Positions 1 through 8,566 of a stretch of 25,026 nt of DNA are shown in pieces. The notes under the pieces are model-generated. The model did not search any database. It worked only from the letters and a program-made list of their open reading frames with translations, and had not been told where the DNA came from. Position 1 is the first letter of the stretch. Each line of letters begins with the position of its first letter. The translations under genes and the position numbers were made by a program. Source of the DNA: Fidelibacterota bacterium (GTDB taxonomy: Bacteria; Fidelibacterota; Marinisomatia; Marinisomatales; UBA2128); contig JBHHUM010000031.1 in assembly GCA_046861645.1 (NCBI GenBank), forward strand, positions 1 through 25,026, in the 5' to 3' direction.

Positions 1-20
1 ATTTCAAAATAGACAATTAT

Positions 21-699
21 CTATTCACTGTAAGGTTCTGTGTTTCCCTCCGAATCAGTTTTTATTAACCAGATATTACTTCCATACCCGAAAGAATCTG
101 TTCTACCTGTAACTTTATAACCACCATCTGTGGTCTGTTGCACAGATTTACCACGATCAGAATGACTTCCTCCATATGTCTTTAAAAACCAAGTATGTGA
201 ATCACCATATTCTATATTACTTACAGATTGTAACCCCCAAAATTTTACCACAAAAACTTGGTAATACCTTATTTCATCCTCACTAATACCTGTAACGATA
301 AGTGATAGGAGACAGTTTAACAGATGTTGGATATATCTCTGTATTATCAATTATCAACAATATTGGTTGAGATTCAGTAGAATTATCTGATGTGTCATAA
401 GAAATCACCTTTATAGTATGTTCTGACCCATTTTCTTAAATTGTTGTATTCCACTCATATTCATACGGAGATTCAGAATCTGTAAACACTAATGAATCAT
501 CAATGAAAAACTCTACCTTACTGATTCCTTCATTATCCTGTGTAGTAACAACAATCGTAACAATCTCATTTACAGTTTGACCTGAACTGTGAGATGAGAT
601 AGAGACTGTAGGTGGAGTATCATCTATGTCTTCACAAGTAGAAAACAACAAGACTCCAACCAAAAGAGTTAAAATTGATTTTAGAACATGGTCATTCAT
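21..699 (-). pseudogene. Degraded lipoprotein: signal peptide/lipobox, bacterial Ig-like domain and one WLIKTD-type (beta-propeller-like) repeat
   Basis: ATG at 699 follows AAGGGGG; hydrophobic leader ends LLFSTC. The frame continues sensibly through the TAA at 436-438 (YEYEWNTTI*ENGSEHTIKVISYDTSDN...SPITY), then shifts near 300 into IVTGISEDEIRYYQV...KTYGG...SVQQTTDGGY...IWLIKTDSEGN. This joins ORF-track pieces 436..735 and 21..350. Confidence 0.8.
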
Positions 700-875
700 A
701 ACTACCCCCTTGTTTACGGGTAAGATAATTAACACTAATAAAGCATTTTAATAGACAATCATAGGAAAATCAACTTTATCATCATTGTTTATGGTTCTTT
801 TTATTAGTTCTGAGACACGGTAAAAGGGAAGTGGTGCCTAGTGAGTATTACTGTTTCATCCAATTCCTTTCTTAT

Positions 876-1442
876 CTACCGTTTCTTCAGCCACTTGTTG
901 AACTTCCCAGCTTTTTCCTTCATATAGTCTACAGCTTTCTCTGTTTTGCCCTCCACGTTATATTCCTGGGCTTTTTCTTGCATATAGTTTACCACCCTCT
1001 CTGTTTTACCCTCAACATCGTATTTTCGATTAAGGTCGTCATAGGCCTCTCTGGAAATTCTTCCCATCTCTCTCAGGGAACTTGATACTTGGTACTCGTT
1101 GTCGAACTTGGTTACAGCGTCTACAATACTCTCACCGGCTGCTGCCATTTCAATTAGTGTCTCACCTCCAGGAACATATTCAAGGTCGCCATTCATTGTC
1201 ATGATTTTGAGAATATCCTGGTGATAACGTAGGTCTCCGAAAGGCATACCCTGCATGTTAATGTAGGTTTCACTGAAAGAAAAACTGGATTTAGGATAGA
1301 TTTTTATCCCGGCTCTTGTTTTGACAAAATGATGACTACCAGCATACCAAACTCCCATCACAAGAGCAATTATGGGCAATATGACTAAAAGAATACTTTT
1401 ATTGGATTTTCTTGCTTTGTTATCAATTTGTGAATCAATCAT
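876..1442 (-). CDS. Hypothetical membrane-anchored protein with a C-terminal 20-aa tandem repeat
   Basis: AAGGAGG lies just upstream of the ATG at 1442, which I prefer to 1529. One N-terminal TM segment (ILLVILPIIALVMGVWY) and a charged helical C-terminus. Confidence 0.8.
   Translation of the reverse strand: MIDSQIDNKARKSNKSILLVILPIIALVMGVWYAGSHHFVKTRAGIKIYPKSSFSFSETYINMQGMPFGDLRYHQDILKIMTMNGDLEYVPGGETLIEMAAAGESIVDAVTKFDNEYQVSSSLREMGRISREAYDDLNRKYDVEGKTERVVNYMQEKAQEYNVEGKTEKAVDYMKEKAGKFNKWLKKR
910..1024 (-). repeat. Intragenic 60-bp-period tandem repeat, about 2 copies
   Basis: 910-964 aligns with 970-1024; encodes YDVEGKTERVVNYMQEKAQE / YNVEGKTEKAVDYMKEKAGK. Confidence 0.9.
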
Positions 1443-1518
1443 ATTGTCCTCCTTTTTCTCTCTGTACAATGCAATATTATTAATAGGGTTTTCCAATACG
1501 GTTTTTAGTAATATCACC

Positions 1519-1548
1519 ATTGTAATCATGTCAGTGATTCTATGTCAA
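1519..1548 (-). promoter_or_regulatory. Sigma70-type promoter for the 876..1442 gene
   Basis: Minus strand TTGACA-18 nt-TACAAT, about 75 nt upstream of the start codon. Confidence 0.6.
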
Positions 1549-1743
1549 GAAAAATAATCAGCTTTGTACGATGTCAAGATATTCGTGTATAACCTTGACA
1601 ACTCGGTATGTAAAAGTGAAAAGTGTCGAGATTTGTTCTCTTTCAGCAATAAGAGAAAAAAGAAGAATTATATGATGCCAAGTAGGGTAAAATAATACCA
1701 GGGGTAAAATGGAAAAGAGAGGTAGAATTTCAGGAAACATTTT

Positions 1744-1771
1744 TTGTAGTTCGGTTGTTTCATACTAAATT
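1744..1771 (+). promoter_or_regulatory. Putative promoter of the ABC operon
   Basis: TTGTAG-16 nt-TAAATT. The same TAAATT -10 occurs upstream of rplU. An AGGAG RBS precedes the ATG at 1812. Confidence 0.35.
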
Positions 1772-1811
1772 TTTGTTTCCAATTTTAATCATTATTTAGG
1801 AGACACTGTAA

Positions 1812-2756
1812 ATGATCAAAGTGACTAACCTGTCCAAAAACTTTGGGACTGTAGAGGCTGTGAAAGCCATAAGCTTTGAGATCGAGAGACGAGAGATCGT
1901 TGGTTTTTTAGGCGCCAATGGTGCCGGCAAAACTACTACTCTCAGGATGATTGCTGGCTATCTGGCGCCAACTTCCGGGACGGCAGAAGTAAACGGGGTA
2001 GATATCCAGGAGGATTTACAAACCATTCAAAAACAAATTGGCTACCTTCCAGAGTTTAACCCACTCTATCCTGAAATGTCAGTTTATGACTATTTGCGTT
2101 TTATTGGAGATATCAGGAATCTTAACGGGAAACAGTTTCAGGAAGCTCTCAGCCGGGTTATAGAGCAGTGTGGATTAAAGGGGGTGGTACATCGTCACAT
2201 TGGTAATTGCTCCAAAGGATATAAGCAGAGGATCGGTTTAGCAGCGGCCATGATTCATGACCCTAAGATAATTATTCTCGATGAGCCTGTTACGGGACTT
2301 GATCCTAATCAGATTGTTGAGACCCGGGAACTTATAAAGGAACTTGGCAAGGAAAAACTGGTGCTACTTTCGAGTCATATCCTGCAGGAGATCCAGGCCA
2401 CGGTGGATCGTATTATCATAATTCATAACGGGGAGATCGTGGCTGATGGCACCAGTGATGAACTTATGGCCAGCTTCATGGGCAATGTACTCATGTCTTT
2501 AGAAGTAAAGAATGCGACTTCTGATGCAATTGAAAAATTACCCCAGGCAATACCTGCCATGGAACTATTAAGGATAGAGGAGAGAGACAATTATCATCGT
2601 ATTCAATTAGAATACAATCGAGATGAAGATCCCCGGGAGGAATTATTCAAATATGCAGTGGATTCTAATTGGATCCTTCTAAAAATGAATCCTCAGGATG
2701 TGGGGTTGGAGGATGTATTTCGCAATCTGACAGCTACAGGAGGTGCTGATGCGTAA
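1812..2756 (+). CDS. ABC-2 type transporter ATP-binding protein (GldA-like)
   Basis: Walker A GANGAGKT, signature variant CSKGYKQR, Walker B IIILDEP, H-loop SSH. Confidence 0.95.
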   Translation: MIKVTNLSKNFGTVEAVKAISFEIERREIVGFLGANGAGKTTTLRMIAGYLAPTSGTAEVNGVDIQEDLQTIQKQIGYLPEFNPLYPEMSVYDYLRFIGDIRNLNGKQFQEALSRVIEQCGLKGVVHRHIGNCSKGYKQRIGLAAAMIHDPKIIILDEPVTGLDPNQIVETRELIKELGKEKLVLLSSHILQEIQATVDRIIIIHNGEIVADGTSDELMASFMGNVLMSLEVKNATSDAIEKLPQAIPAMELLRIEERDNYHRIQLEYNRDEDPREELFKYAVDSNWILLKMNPQDVGLEDVFRNLTATGGADA

Positions 2757-3462
2757 TGTAAGTGCGATATATCTACGTGAACTGAGGACATATTTTAACA
2801 GTCCCATGGCGTACATTTTTCTGGTGATCTTTGCCGTAGTCAACGGTTATTTCTTTGTTAACACTTTTTTTCTCATCGATCAATCGGATCTCAGAGGTCT
2901 CTTTGGGGTAGTTCCGTTGACTTATCTTTTCTTTGTTCCGGCAATTGCCATGGGACTCGTGGCTCGCGAGAGGAATCTGGGTACTATGGAGGTTATGTCT
3001 ACTCTTCCCCTGAAGAATAGTGAGTTTATCGTCGGTAAATTCCTTGCCGCATTTACATTACTTTTGTTAGGGTTAGGGGCGACACTAGTTCACTTTGTTA
3101 CGTTAGTGAGTGTAGGATCGAATGTTGACTATGGTGCCGTATTCAGTGGCTACCTTGGTCTGGCACTTTTAGGAGCAGTTTACACCTCTGTAGGTCTGTT
3201 TGCCAGTAGTGTCACCGAAAATCAGGTGATAGCCTTCATTTTAGGGGTTTTTATTGTTCTTATCTTTTTTCTCCTGGATAAACTGCTGATATTTGTACCT
3301 CCAGTATTAGCGGGTTTGGTACAGTACCTGAGTGTCGATTTTCATCTGTCCAACATGTCTCGAGGGGTGATAGACTCCCGCAATTTGATCTATTTCATTT
3401 CCGTAATAGGATTTTTCCTGTTTCTTAGTGTCCAGACCATAGAAGTACGGAGGTGGAAGTAG
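2749..3462 (+). CDS. ABC-2 permease (GldF-like)
   Basis: RELRTYFNSPMAY and ERNLGTMEV..TLP motifs, about 6 TM segments, C-terminal RGVIDSRNLIYF. ATG 2749 follows GGAGG and overlaps the ATPase stop. Confidence 0.92.
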   Translation: MRNVSAIYLRELRTYFNSPMAYIFLVIFAVVNGYFFVNTFFLIDQSDLRGLFGVVPLTYLFFVPAIAMGLVARERNLGTMEVMSTLPLKNSEFIVGKFLAAFTLLLLGLGATLVHFVTLVSVGSNVDYGAVFSGYLGLALLGAVYTSVGLFASSVTENQVIAFILGVFIVLIFFLLDKLLIFVPPVLAGLVQYLSVDFHLSNMSRGVIDSRNLIYFISVIGFFLFLSVQTIEVRRWK

Positions 3463-3464
3463 TC

Positions 3465-4976
3465 ATGAAGATTGATATGAATAAAGCTGTCGCTCTGCCG
3501 GCTATAGTAATAGTTATTCTTCTGACGCTTGTTAATCTAATCGGGAGAAACTGGTTTGTTAGATTGGATCTTACCGACAATAAACGATATTCTCTGTCGG
3601 AATCCAGTCGAACAGTCGTAGAAAAGATTGATGATTTGCTTACTATGAAAGTCTATTTCTCAGATAACCTACCCGGGGATTACGGAAATACTCGCCGCTA
3701 TTTGCAGGACATCCTGGAGGAGTATGCTGCCCTGTCCGGTGGTAATATTCGATTTGAGTTTTACCAACCAGAAACAGAAGAAGAGCTGACCGAGGAAGCA
3801 CAAAGTGCCGGTATTCAACCGGTGCAATTGCAGGTTATTGAGAATGATAAGTTCGAAGTCAAAAGGGTATTCATGGGGATGGCGATCCTCTATGAAGATC
3901 AGCGAGAAGTGTTACCTGTTATTCAAACAACATCAGGCTTGGAATATGAGATCACGACTAAGATAAAGAAACTGACTGACAAAGAGAAAAAGGTGGTGGG
4001 AATCTTTAAACCCGAGGAGAGCGAGATCAGCAACGAGAATGTGAGTACTTTACTTCGGCAGCGTTACCGTCTCCGCAACGTTGATTTGAAAAAGCCTGTT
4101 CCTGAAGAGGTAGAGGTATTGCTCATAAATGGTGTGGAAGATTCTCTTGATTCTGATATTCAGAAGCATTTGCAGGACTTTATTGCGAGGGGAGGGAATC
4201 TGTTTATAGCCCAGGGGCGTGTACATGCTGATTTAGCGTCACAGAGAGCTTCCGTTATTGAATCTGATATTTTTGAACTGTTGAGTCAGTACGGCCTTAA
4301 TGTTGCTGAGAATGTAGTGTTGGACAAGATTGCCCGCCGGGTGACTGTTTCTCAACAGGTGGGATTTTTTCATATGAATGTACCCATGGATTATCCCTTC
4401 CTGCCGACTATTCGATCCTTTGTTGTGGGTGAACCTATGGTCAGTAGATTGGAGCAGGTTCAGACAAGTTTTGCCAGCGAAATTACTTTGGATACCACAA
4501 AGGCGAATCTAAAAGTCTTTCCCCTTTTCAAAACTTCAAACCATTCGGGGGTAATGACTGGGACTTATAATTTGCATCCTGATCCTAAGATCAATGTCGC
4601 TCTGCGGCGCTTGGATAAACCCGGTAAAATAGTGGGTGCTCGGGTGGAAATTACTGATGAAGAAAGCGGAACAGTGTCACAAATTGTTCTTGTTTCAGAC
4701 TCTGAATTTCTTATTGACATAGGGGGTGGAGCATTTCCTGAAAATCACGTATTTATCATGAATGCTGTTGATTTCCTGATAGGGGACAAAGAGCTTATCG
4801 ATCTCCGGTCTCGGGAAATTACCAGTCGGCCTCTGGAGGACATTTCTGATGTTGCCAGGCGTAACTGGAAATGGGTCAATACCGTCCTACCCTCGCTACT
4901 GATTGTAGTGTTTAGTGTGGTACGTATCAAACGGCAAAGAAAGAGGGCAAGAATGCTGGAGGAGCTCTATGACTAA
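3465..4976 (+). CDS. GldG-like ABC transporter auxiliary component
   Basis: N-terminal TM, RLDLTDNKRYSLS motif, large extracytoplasmic domain, NAVDFL...LIDLRSR, C-terminal TM. Confidence 0.9.
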   Translation: MKIDMNKAVALPAIVIVILLTLVNLIGRNWFVRLDLTDNKRYSLSESSRTVVEKIDDLLTMKVYFSDNLPGDYGNTRRYLQDILEEYAALSGGNIRFEFYQPETEEELTEEAQSAGIQPVQLQVIENDKFEVKRVFMGMAILYEDQREVLPVIQTTSGLEYEITTKIKKLTDKEKKVVGIFKPEESEISNENVSTLLRQRYRLRNVDLKKPVPEEVEVLLINGVEDSLDSDIQKHLQDFIARGGNLFIAQGRVHADLASQRASVIESDIFELLSQYGLNVAENVVLDKIARRVTVSQQVGFFHMNVPMDYPFLPTIRSFVVGEPMVSRLEQVQTSFASEITLDTTKANLKVFPLFKTSNHSGVMTGTYNLHPDPKINVALRRLDKPGKIVGARVEITDEESGTVSQIVLVSDSEFLIDIGGGAFPENHVFIMNAVDFLIGDKELIDLRSREITSRPLEDISDVARRNWKWVNTVLPSLLIVVFSVVRIKRQRKRARMLEELYD

Positions 4977-5541
4977 GAAGTGGAAATGGATTTTAGGCAT
5001 CCTGATAGTACTCCTGGCCATGTCAGCGTTGGACTATTTCAGACAACAGGGATTTACCACCTCTACGGAGGCTTTGATTGATAGTGATACACCGTCCATT
5101 GCCAGACTGGAAATTATTAAAGGGGAAGATTCCCTTACCCTGGCCAAGATTGATACTGTATGGACTATTCTTAATCATGACTCTCTCCAGGTGAGAAAAG
5201 AGAGAGTGAAAACCTTACTTGATAAATTGTCGTCCCTGGGTCTTGGCTCGATCCTGTCCAGCAAAAGAGAAAAATGGAGTACTTATTCCGTTGATGACTC
5301 TACGGGAGTGTCCCTTACTCTCTACGATTTTTCAGATGATACCATTAATCACTTCGTTGTAGGTAGGTCTAAATCAGATTGGCGTAGGAATAACATTCGT
5401 CGAGGGAATGATCCTAATGTCTATCAGTTGAGTGGGAATATAATATCCCAGCTTCAGACCCGCCCCCTCTACTGGGGTAAGAAGCCAGAACCTCCAGAAC
5501 CGGTAGAACCTGATACTACCAAGGAAGAAACAACTCTGTAG
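4969..5541 (+). CDS. DUF4340-like membrane-anchored protein
   Basis: ATG 4969 follows GGAGGAG and overlaps the GldG-like stop. N-terminal TM, beta-rich domain, Pro/Glu-rich tail. This is the usual position for this family, after GldG-like genes. Confidence 0.75.
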   Translation: MTKKWKWILGILIVLLAMSALDYFRQQGFTTSTEALIDSDTPSIARLEIIKGEDSLTLAKIDTVWTILNHDSLQVRKERVKTLLDKLSSLGLGSILSSKREKWSTYSVDDSTGVSLTLYDFSDDTINHFVVGRSKSDWRRNNIRRGNDPNVYQLSGNIISQLQTRPLYWGKKPEPPEPVEPDTTKEETTL

Positions 5542-5777
5542 CTGCAACTAGCAGGACGTCGTACTGATTCCTCTGCTGTGAAAGCATGAAGTACAGGTTT
5601 TTCACTTCTCTTTCACATCAATCCTTGCGAAATTGCCTTAACCAAGGGGATATTCAATTGATCCAGCTGTGATACTTAACAATGATAGAAATAGCGGATT
5701 AGGTGGGCATCTCCCCAGGTTTTATAGTACAGTAATTTTAACATGGTAGGCAATCGGGTAATCAAGAGTTTTTCTTA

Positions 5778-6188
5778 ATGGAGCATAAGATCAGAATTCT
5801 CATGGCCAAACCGGGCCTGGATGGTCATGACCGGGGAATTAGAGTGTTAGCCAGAGCTTACCGTGATGCCGGGATGGAGGTAATCTACCTGGGCCTGCGT
5901 CAGACTCCAGAAATGATCGTGAGCGCTGCTGTACAGGAAGATGTGGATGTCATAGCCCTGAGCATACTTTCTGGAGCCCATATGGTTATTTTCCCCGAAG
6001 TGCTGAAGTTGATGAAGGAGCAGGGTCTGAAAAATGTACTACTTACCGGAGGAGGCATCATCCCGGAAAAGGACATGGAAACTTTAGCAGCACAGGGTGT
6101 GGGGAGACTGTTTGGTCCCGGCACACCAATTCAAGATACTATAAATTATATACAAGATTGGGTCCAACAGAACCGGTGGAGCTCATGA
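5778..6188 (+). CDS. Stand-alone cobalamin-binding subunit of an acyl-CoA mutase (methylmalonyl-CoA mutase C-terminal domain family)
   Basis: [11 protein letters not shown] (DxHxxG), SILSGAH and GGGII motifs. Confidence 0.95.
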   Translation: MEHKIRILMAKPGLDGHDRGIRVLARAYRDAGMEVIYLGLRQTPEMIVSAAVQEDVDVIALSILSGAHMVIFPEVLKLMKEQGLKNVLLTGGGIIPEKDMETLAAQGVGRLFGPGTPIQDTINYIQDWVQQNRWSS

Positions 6189-7729
6189 TAGATCGAAAGG
6201 AAGAACTCAAGTCACTACGTGATGCGGCCCGCCAAGGGGGTGGTAAAAAGCGTCTCCAAGCACAACATGCCAAGGGTAAACTGTCGGCCCGAGAGCGATT
6301 AGACCTATTACTGGATAAAGATTCATTTCGTGAAATCGGCATGTTTGTGAAGCATCAGGTTGTCGATTTCGGTATGGATCAGAAGCGTTACCCGGGAGAT
6401 GGTGTTGTAACTGGTAGCGGTACAATAAACGGTCGACAGGTATTTGTTTTTGCCCAGGATTTTACTGTCTTGGGGGGTTCTCTTTCAGAAGCCAATGCTC
6501 AAAAGATTTGCAAGATCATGGATCACGCCTTGCGTGTTGGAGCGCCCATTATTGGTCTTAATGACTCAGGCGGAGCGCGAATTCAGGAAGGAGTGGCTTC
6601 TCTGGGCGGTTATGCAGAAATTTTTCTTAGAAATACTCTTGCTTCTGGAGTTGTTCCACAGATTTCGGTGGTCCTTGGTCCCTGCGCTGGCGGGGCAGTC
6701 TATTCCCCAGCTATCACCGACTTTACCCTCATGGTCAAGGGTTCCAGCTATATGTTTGTGACGGGGCCGAATGTGGTCAAGACTGTCACACATGAGGAAG
6801 TTTCATTCGAAGAATTGGGTGGTGCAGATACTCATGCAAAAAAGAGTGGTGTGACACATTTTGCTTGCGAGACAGAAGCTGACGCCATGGATATTACTAG
6901 AAAACTGCTAAGCTACCTACCTCAAAACCATCTAGATGATTCACCAGTCATGGAGTGTAATGATCCTGCCACTCGCCAGGATATAGAGTTAAATGACATT
7001 GTTCCAGCTAGTCCCAATAAGCCATACGATATGAAAGAAGTTATTGTAAGGGTAGCCGATAATGGTGAATTCCTGGAAGTGCACGCTGAGTTCGCACCCA
7101 ACATTGTTGTCGGTTTTATTCGTCTCCAGGGACGGAGTGTGGGCGTAGTGGCTAATCAACCAGCATTCTTGGCTGGGGTTTTAGATATAGACTCATCTGT
7201 CAAGGGTGCCCGCTTTGTTCGCTTTTGTGATGCCTTTAATATTCCTCTAACGGTATTTGTTGATGTGCCCGGTTTTCTTCCGGGTACAGATCAGGAATGG
7301 GGTGGTATTATCCGCCATGGCGCTAAATTACTTTATGCATTGGCCGAGGCTACTGTACCGAAGGTAACGGTTATTACCAGAAAAGCTTATGGAGGAGCTT
7401 ATGATGTTATGAATTCCAAGCATATCCGTGGTGATTTGAACTTTGCCTGGCCTTCTGCAGAGATAGCAGTCATGGGCCCTAAAGGGGCCGTGGAAATAAT
7501 CTTCAAGAAAGAGATTGCTGCTGCAGATCATTCTACAGCAATGGAGGAGCAGTTAGAAAGCGAATATAAAGAGAAGTTTGCCAGTCCGTTTATTGCGGCT
7601 GAGCGAGGATATATTGATGACATTATTGAACCACGTACTACTCGTCCCCACCTGATTGAGGCGATGAAATTACTGGAGAATAAAGTGGCTACAAATCCTA
7701 AGAAAAAACATGGGAATATCCCCTTATAG
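6185..7729 (+). CDS. pccB: Acyl-CoA carboxylase carboxyltransferase (propionyl-CoA carboxylase beta / methylmalonyl-CoA decarboxylase alpha family)
   Basis: [55 protein letters not shown] and C-terminal [12 protein letters not shown] overlap with the upstream stop. Confidence 0.92.
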   Translation: MIDRKEELKSLRDAARQGGGKKRLQAQHAKGKLSARERLDLLLDKDSFREIGMFVKHQVVDFGMDQKRYPGDGVVTGSGTINGRQVFVFAQDFTVLGGSLSEANAQKICKIMDHALRVGAPIIGLNDSGGARIQEGVASLGGYAEIFLRNTLASGVVPQISVVLGPCAGGAVYSPAITDFTLMVKGSSYMFVTGPNVVKTVTHEEVSFEELGGADTHAKKSGVTHFACETEADAMDITRKLLSYLPQNHLDDSPVMECNDPATRQDIELNDIVPASPNKPYDMKEVIVRVADNGEFLEVHAEFAPNIVVGFIRLQGRSVGVVANQPAFLAGVLDIDSSVKGARFVRFCDAFNIPLTVFVDVPGFLPGTDQEWGGIIRHGAKLLYALAEATVPKVTVITRKAYGGAYDVMNSKHIRGDLNFAWPSAEIAVMGPKGAVEIIFKKEIAAADHSTAMEEQLESEYKEKFASPFIAAERGYIDDIIEPRTTRPHLIEAMKLLENKVATNPKKKHGNIPL

Positions 7730-7732
7730 ATA

Positions 7733-8566
7733 ATGAAAATAATGGATAGACAAACGTTGATTAATTACTTACGTGAGAATCCCCATTCAGTGTTATTTCC
7801 CTTGCTTGCAGAGGAGTTTTTGTTAAGTGAGGAGTATTCTAAGGGGCACGAAGTTTGTTCCCAGGGTTTGACTTATCATCCTGATTCTACACCGGGCCTA
7901 TTCATTGATGCCCGTATCTTCTTGGCAGAAGGAAAGCTCAAGAAAACTGAACAGCGCTTAAAAGAGGTGATTGCTCTCGATCCAGAATATTATCAGGCTT
8001 ATGTCTTGTTGGCTGAGGTACAAACACACTTAAAACGTGCTACTACTACGCTGGAAAAACTGTTTATCAGGATTCTTGAGTTGGATGAGCATAATAAGCA
8101 AGCCAGCGAGTGGTTAAGTTCTTTTAATAAGAAAAAGTCCAATAAGAAAGGAAGAAGAAAATCCGGTCCCAAAATCTCTGGTAAGAAAACCAAGTCACAA
8201 AACACCCCGAAAAAAGTTAAAACCAAGCCAACGGTTACTAAAGCTACTGAAAGGGGTCAGAAAAGGGTCAAGAAAAGCCCTCCGTCTGAAACCAACCCTA
8301 AAGTTCGAAAAAAGAGTCCCTTTAAACAGAGGAGTTCAACTAAGCCCAAATCGGTTAAAACACCAAGGGGGGTAACAGAGTTGAAGATCAGCCCCGAGAT
8401 TGCTACTTTCACTCTGGTATCGGTGCTAAAGAACCAGCATCTTTATACTGATGCTCTGGATGTACTGACAGTAATGTTGAAGAAAAAAGGAGCTAACAAG
8501 GGCAGAATAGAGGAAGAGCGTAAACGATTGACTGCTCTTCTGAAAAATGAGGGTGAAAAAATATGA
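7733..8566 (+). CDS. TPR-repeat protein with a Lys/Arg-rich low-complexity linker and a C-terminal helical motif
   Basis: NPHSVLFPLLAEEFL and ALDPEYYQAYVLLAEV TPR-like helices; basic tract at about aa 132-212; C-terminal IATFTLVSVLKNQHLYTDAL. Confidence 0.8.
   Translation: MKIMDRQTLINYLRENPHSVLFPLLAEEFLLSEEYSKGHEVCSQGLTYHPDSTPGLFIDARIFLAEGKLKKTEQRLKEVIALDPEYYQAYVLLAEVQTHLKRATTTLEKLFIRILELDEHNKQASEWLSSFNKKKSNKKGRRKSGPKISGKKTKSQNTPKKVKTKPTVTKATERGQKRVKKSPPSETNPKVRKKSPFKQRSSTKPKSVKTPRGVTELKISPEIATFTLVSVLKNQHLYTDALDVLTVMLKKKGANKGRIEEERKRLTALLKNEGEKI

Noticed and set aside
436..438. Stop-codon recoding in the lipoprotein gene
   Set aside because: The codon is TAA, which ends many genes in this window, and a frameshift follows, so decay is the simpler explanation.
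910..1024. CRISPR-like repeat
   Set aside because: Only two adjacent degenerate in-frame coding copies, with no spacers and no cas genes.
831..1740. Short ORFs 831..1085 (+), 1372..1557 (+) and 1558..1740 (-)
   Set aside because: These are antisense shadows of the real gene or span promoter DNA. The apparent repeat in 831..1085 just mirrors the 60-bp repeat.
5542..5777. Possible cobalamin riboswitch upstream of the B12-binding gene
   Set aside because: No recognisable GGGAA / GCCACTG B12-box core, only short weak stems. An Rfam covariance search would be needed to exclude it fully.
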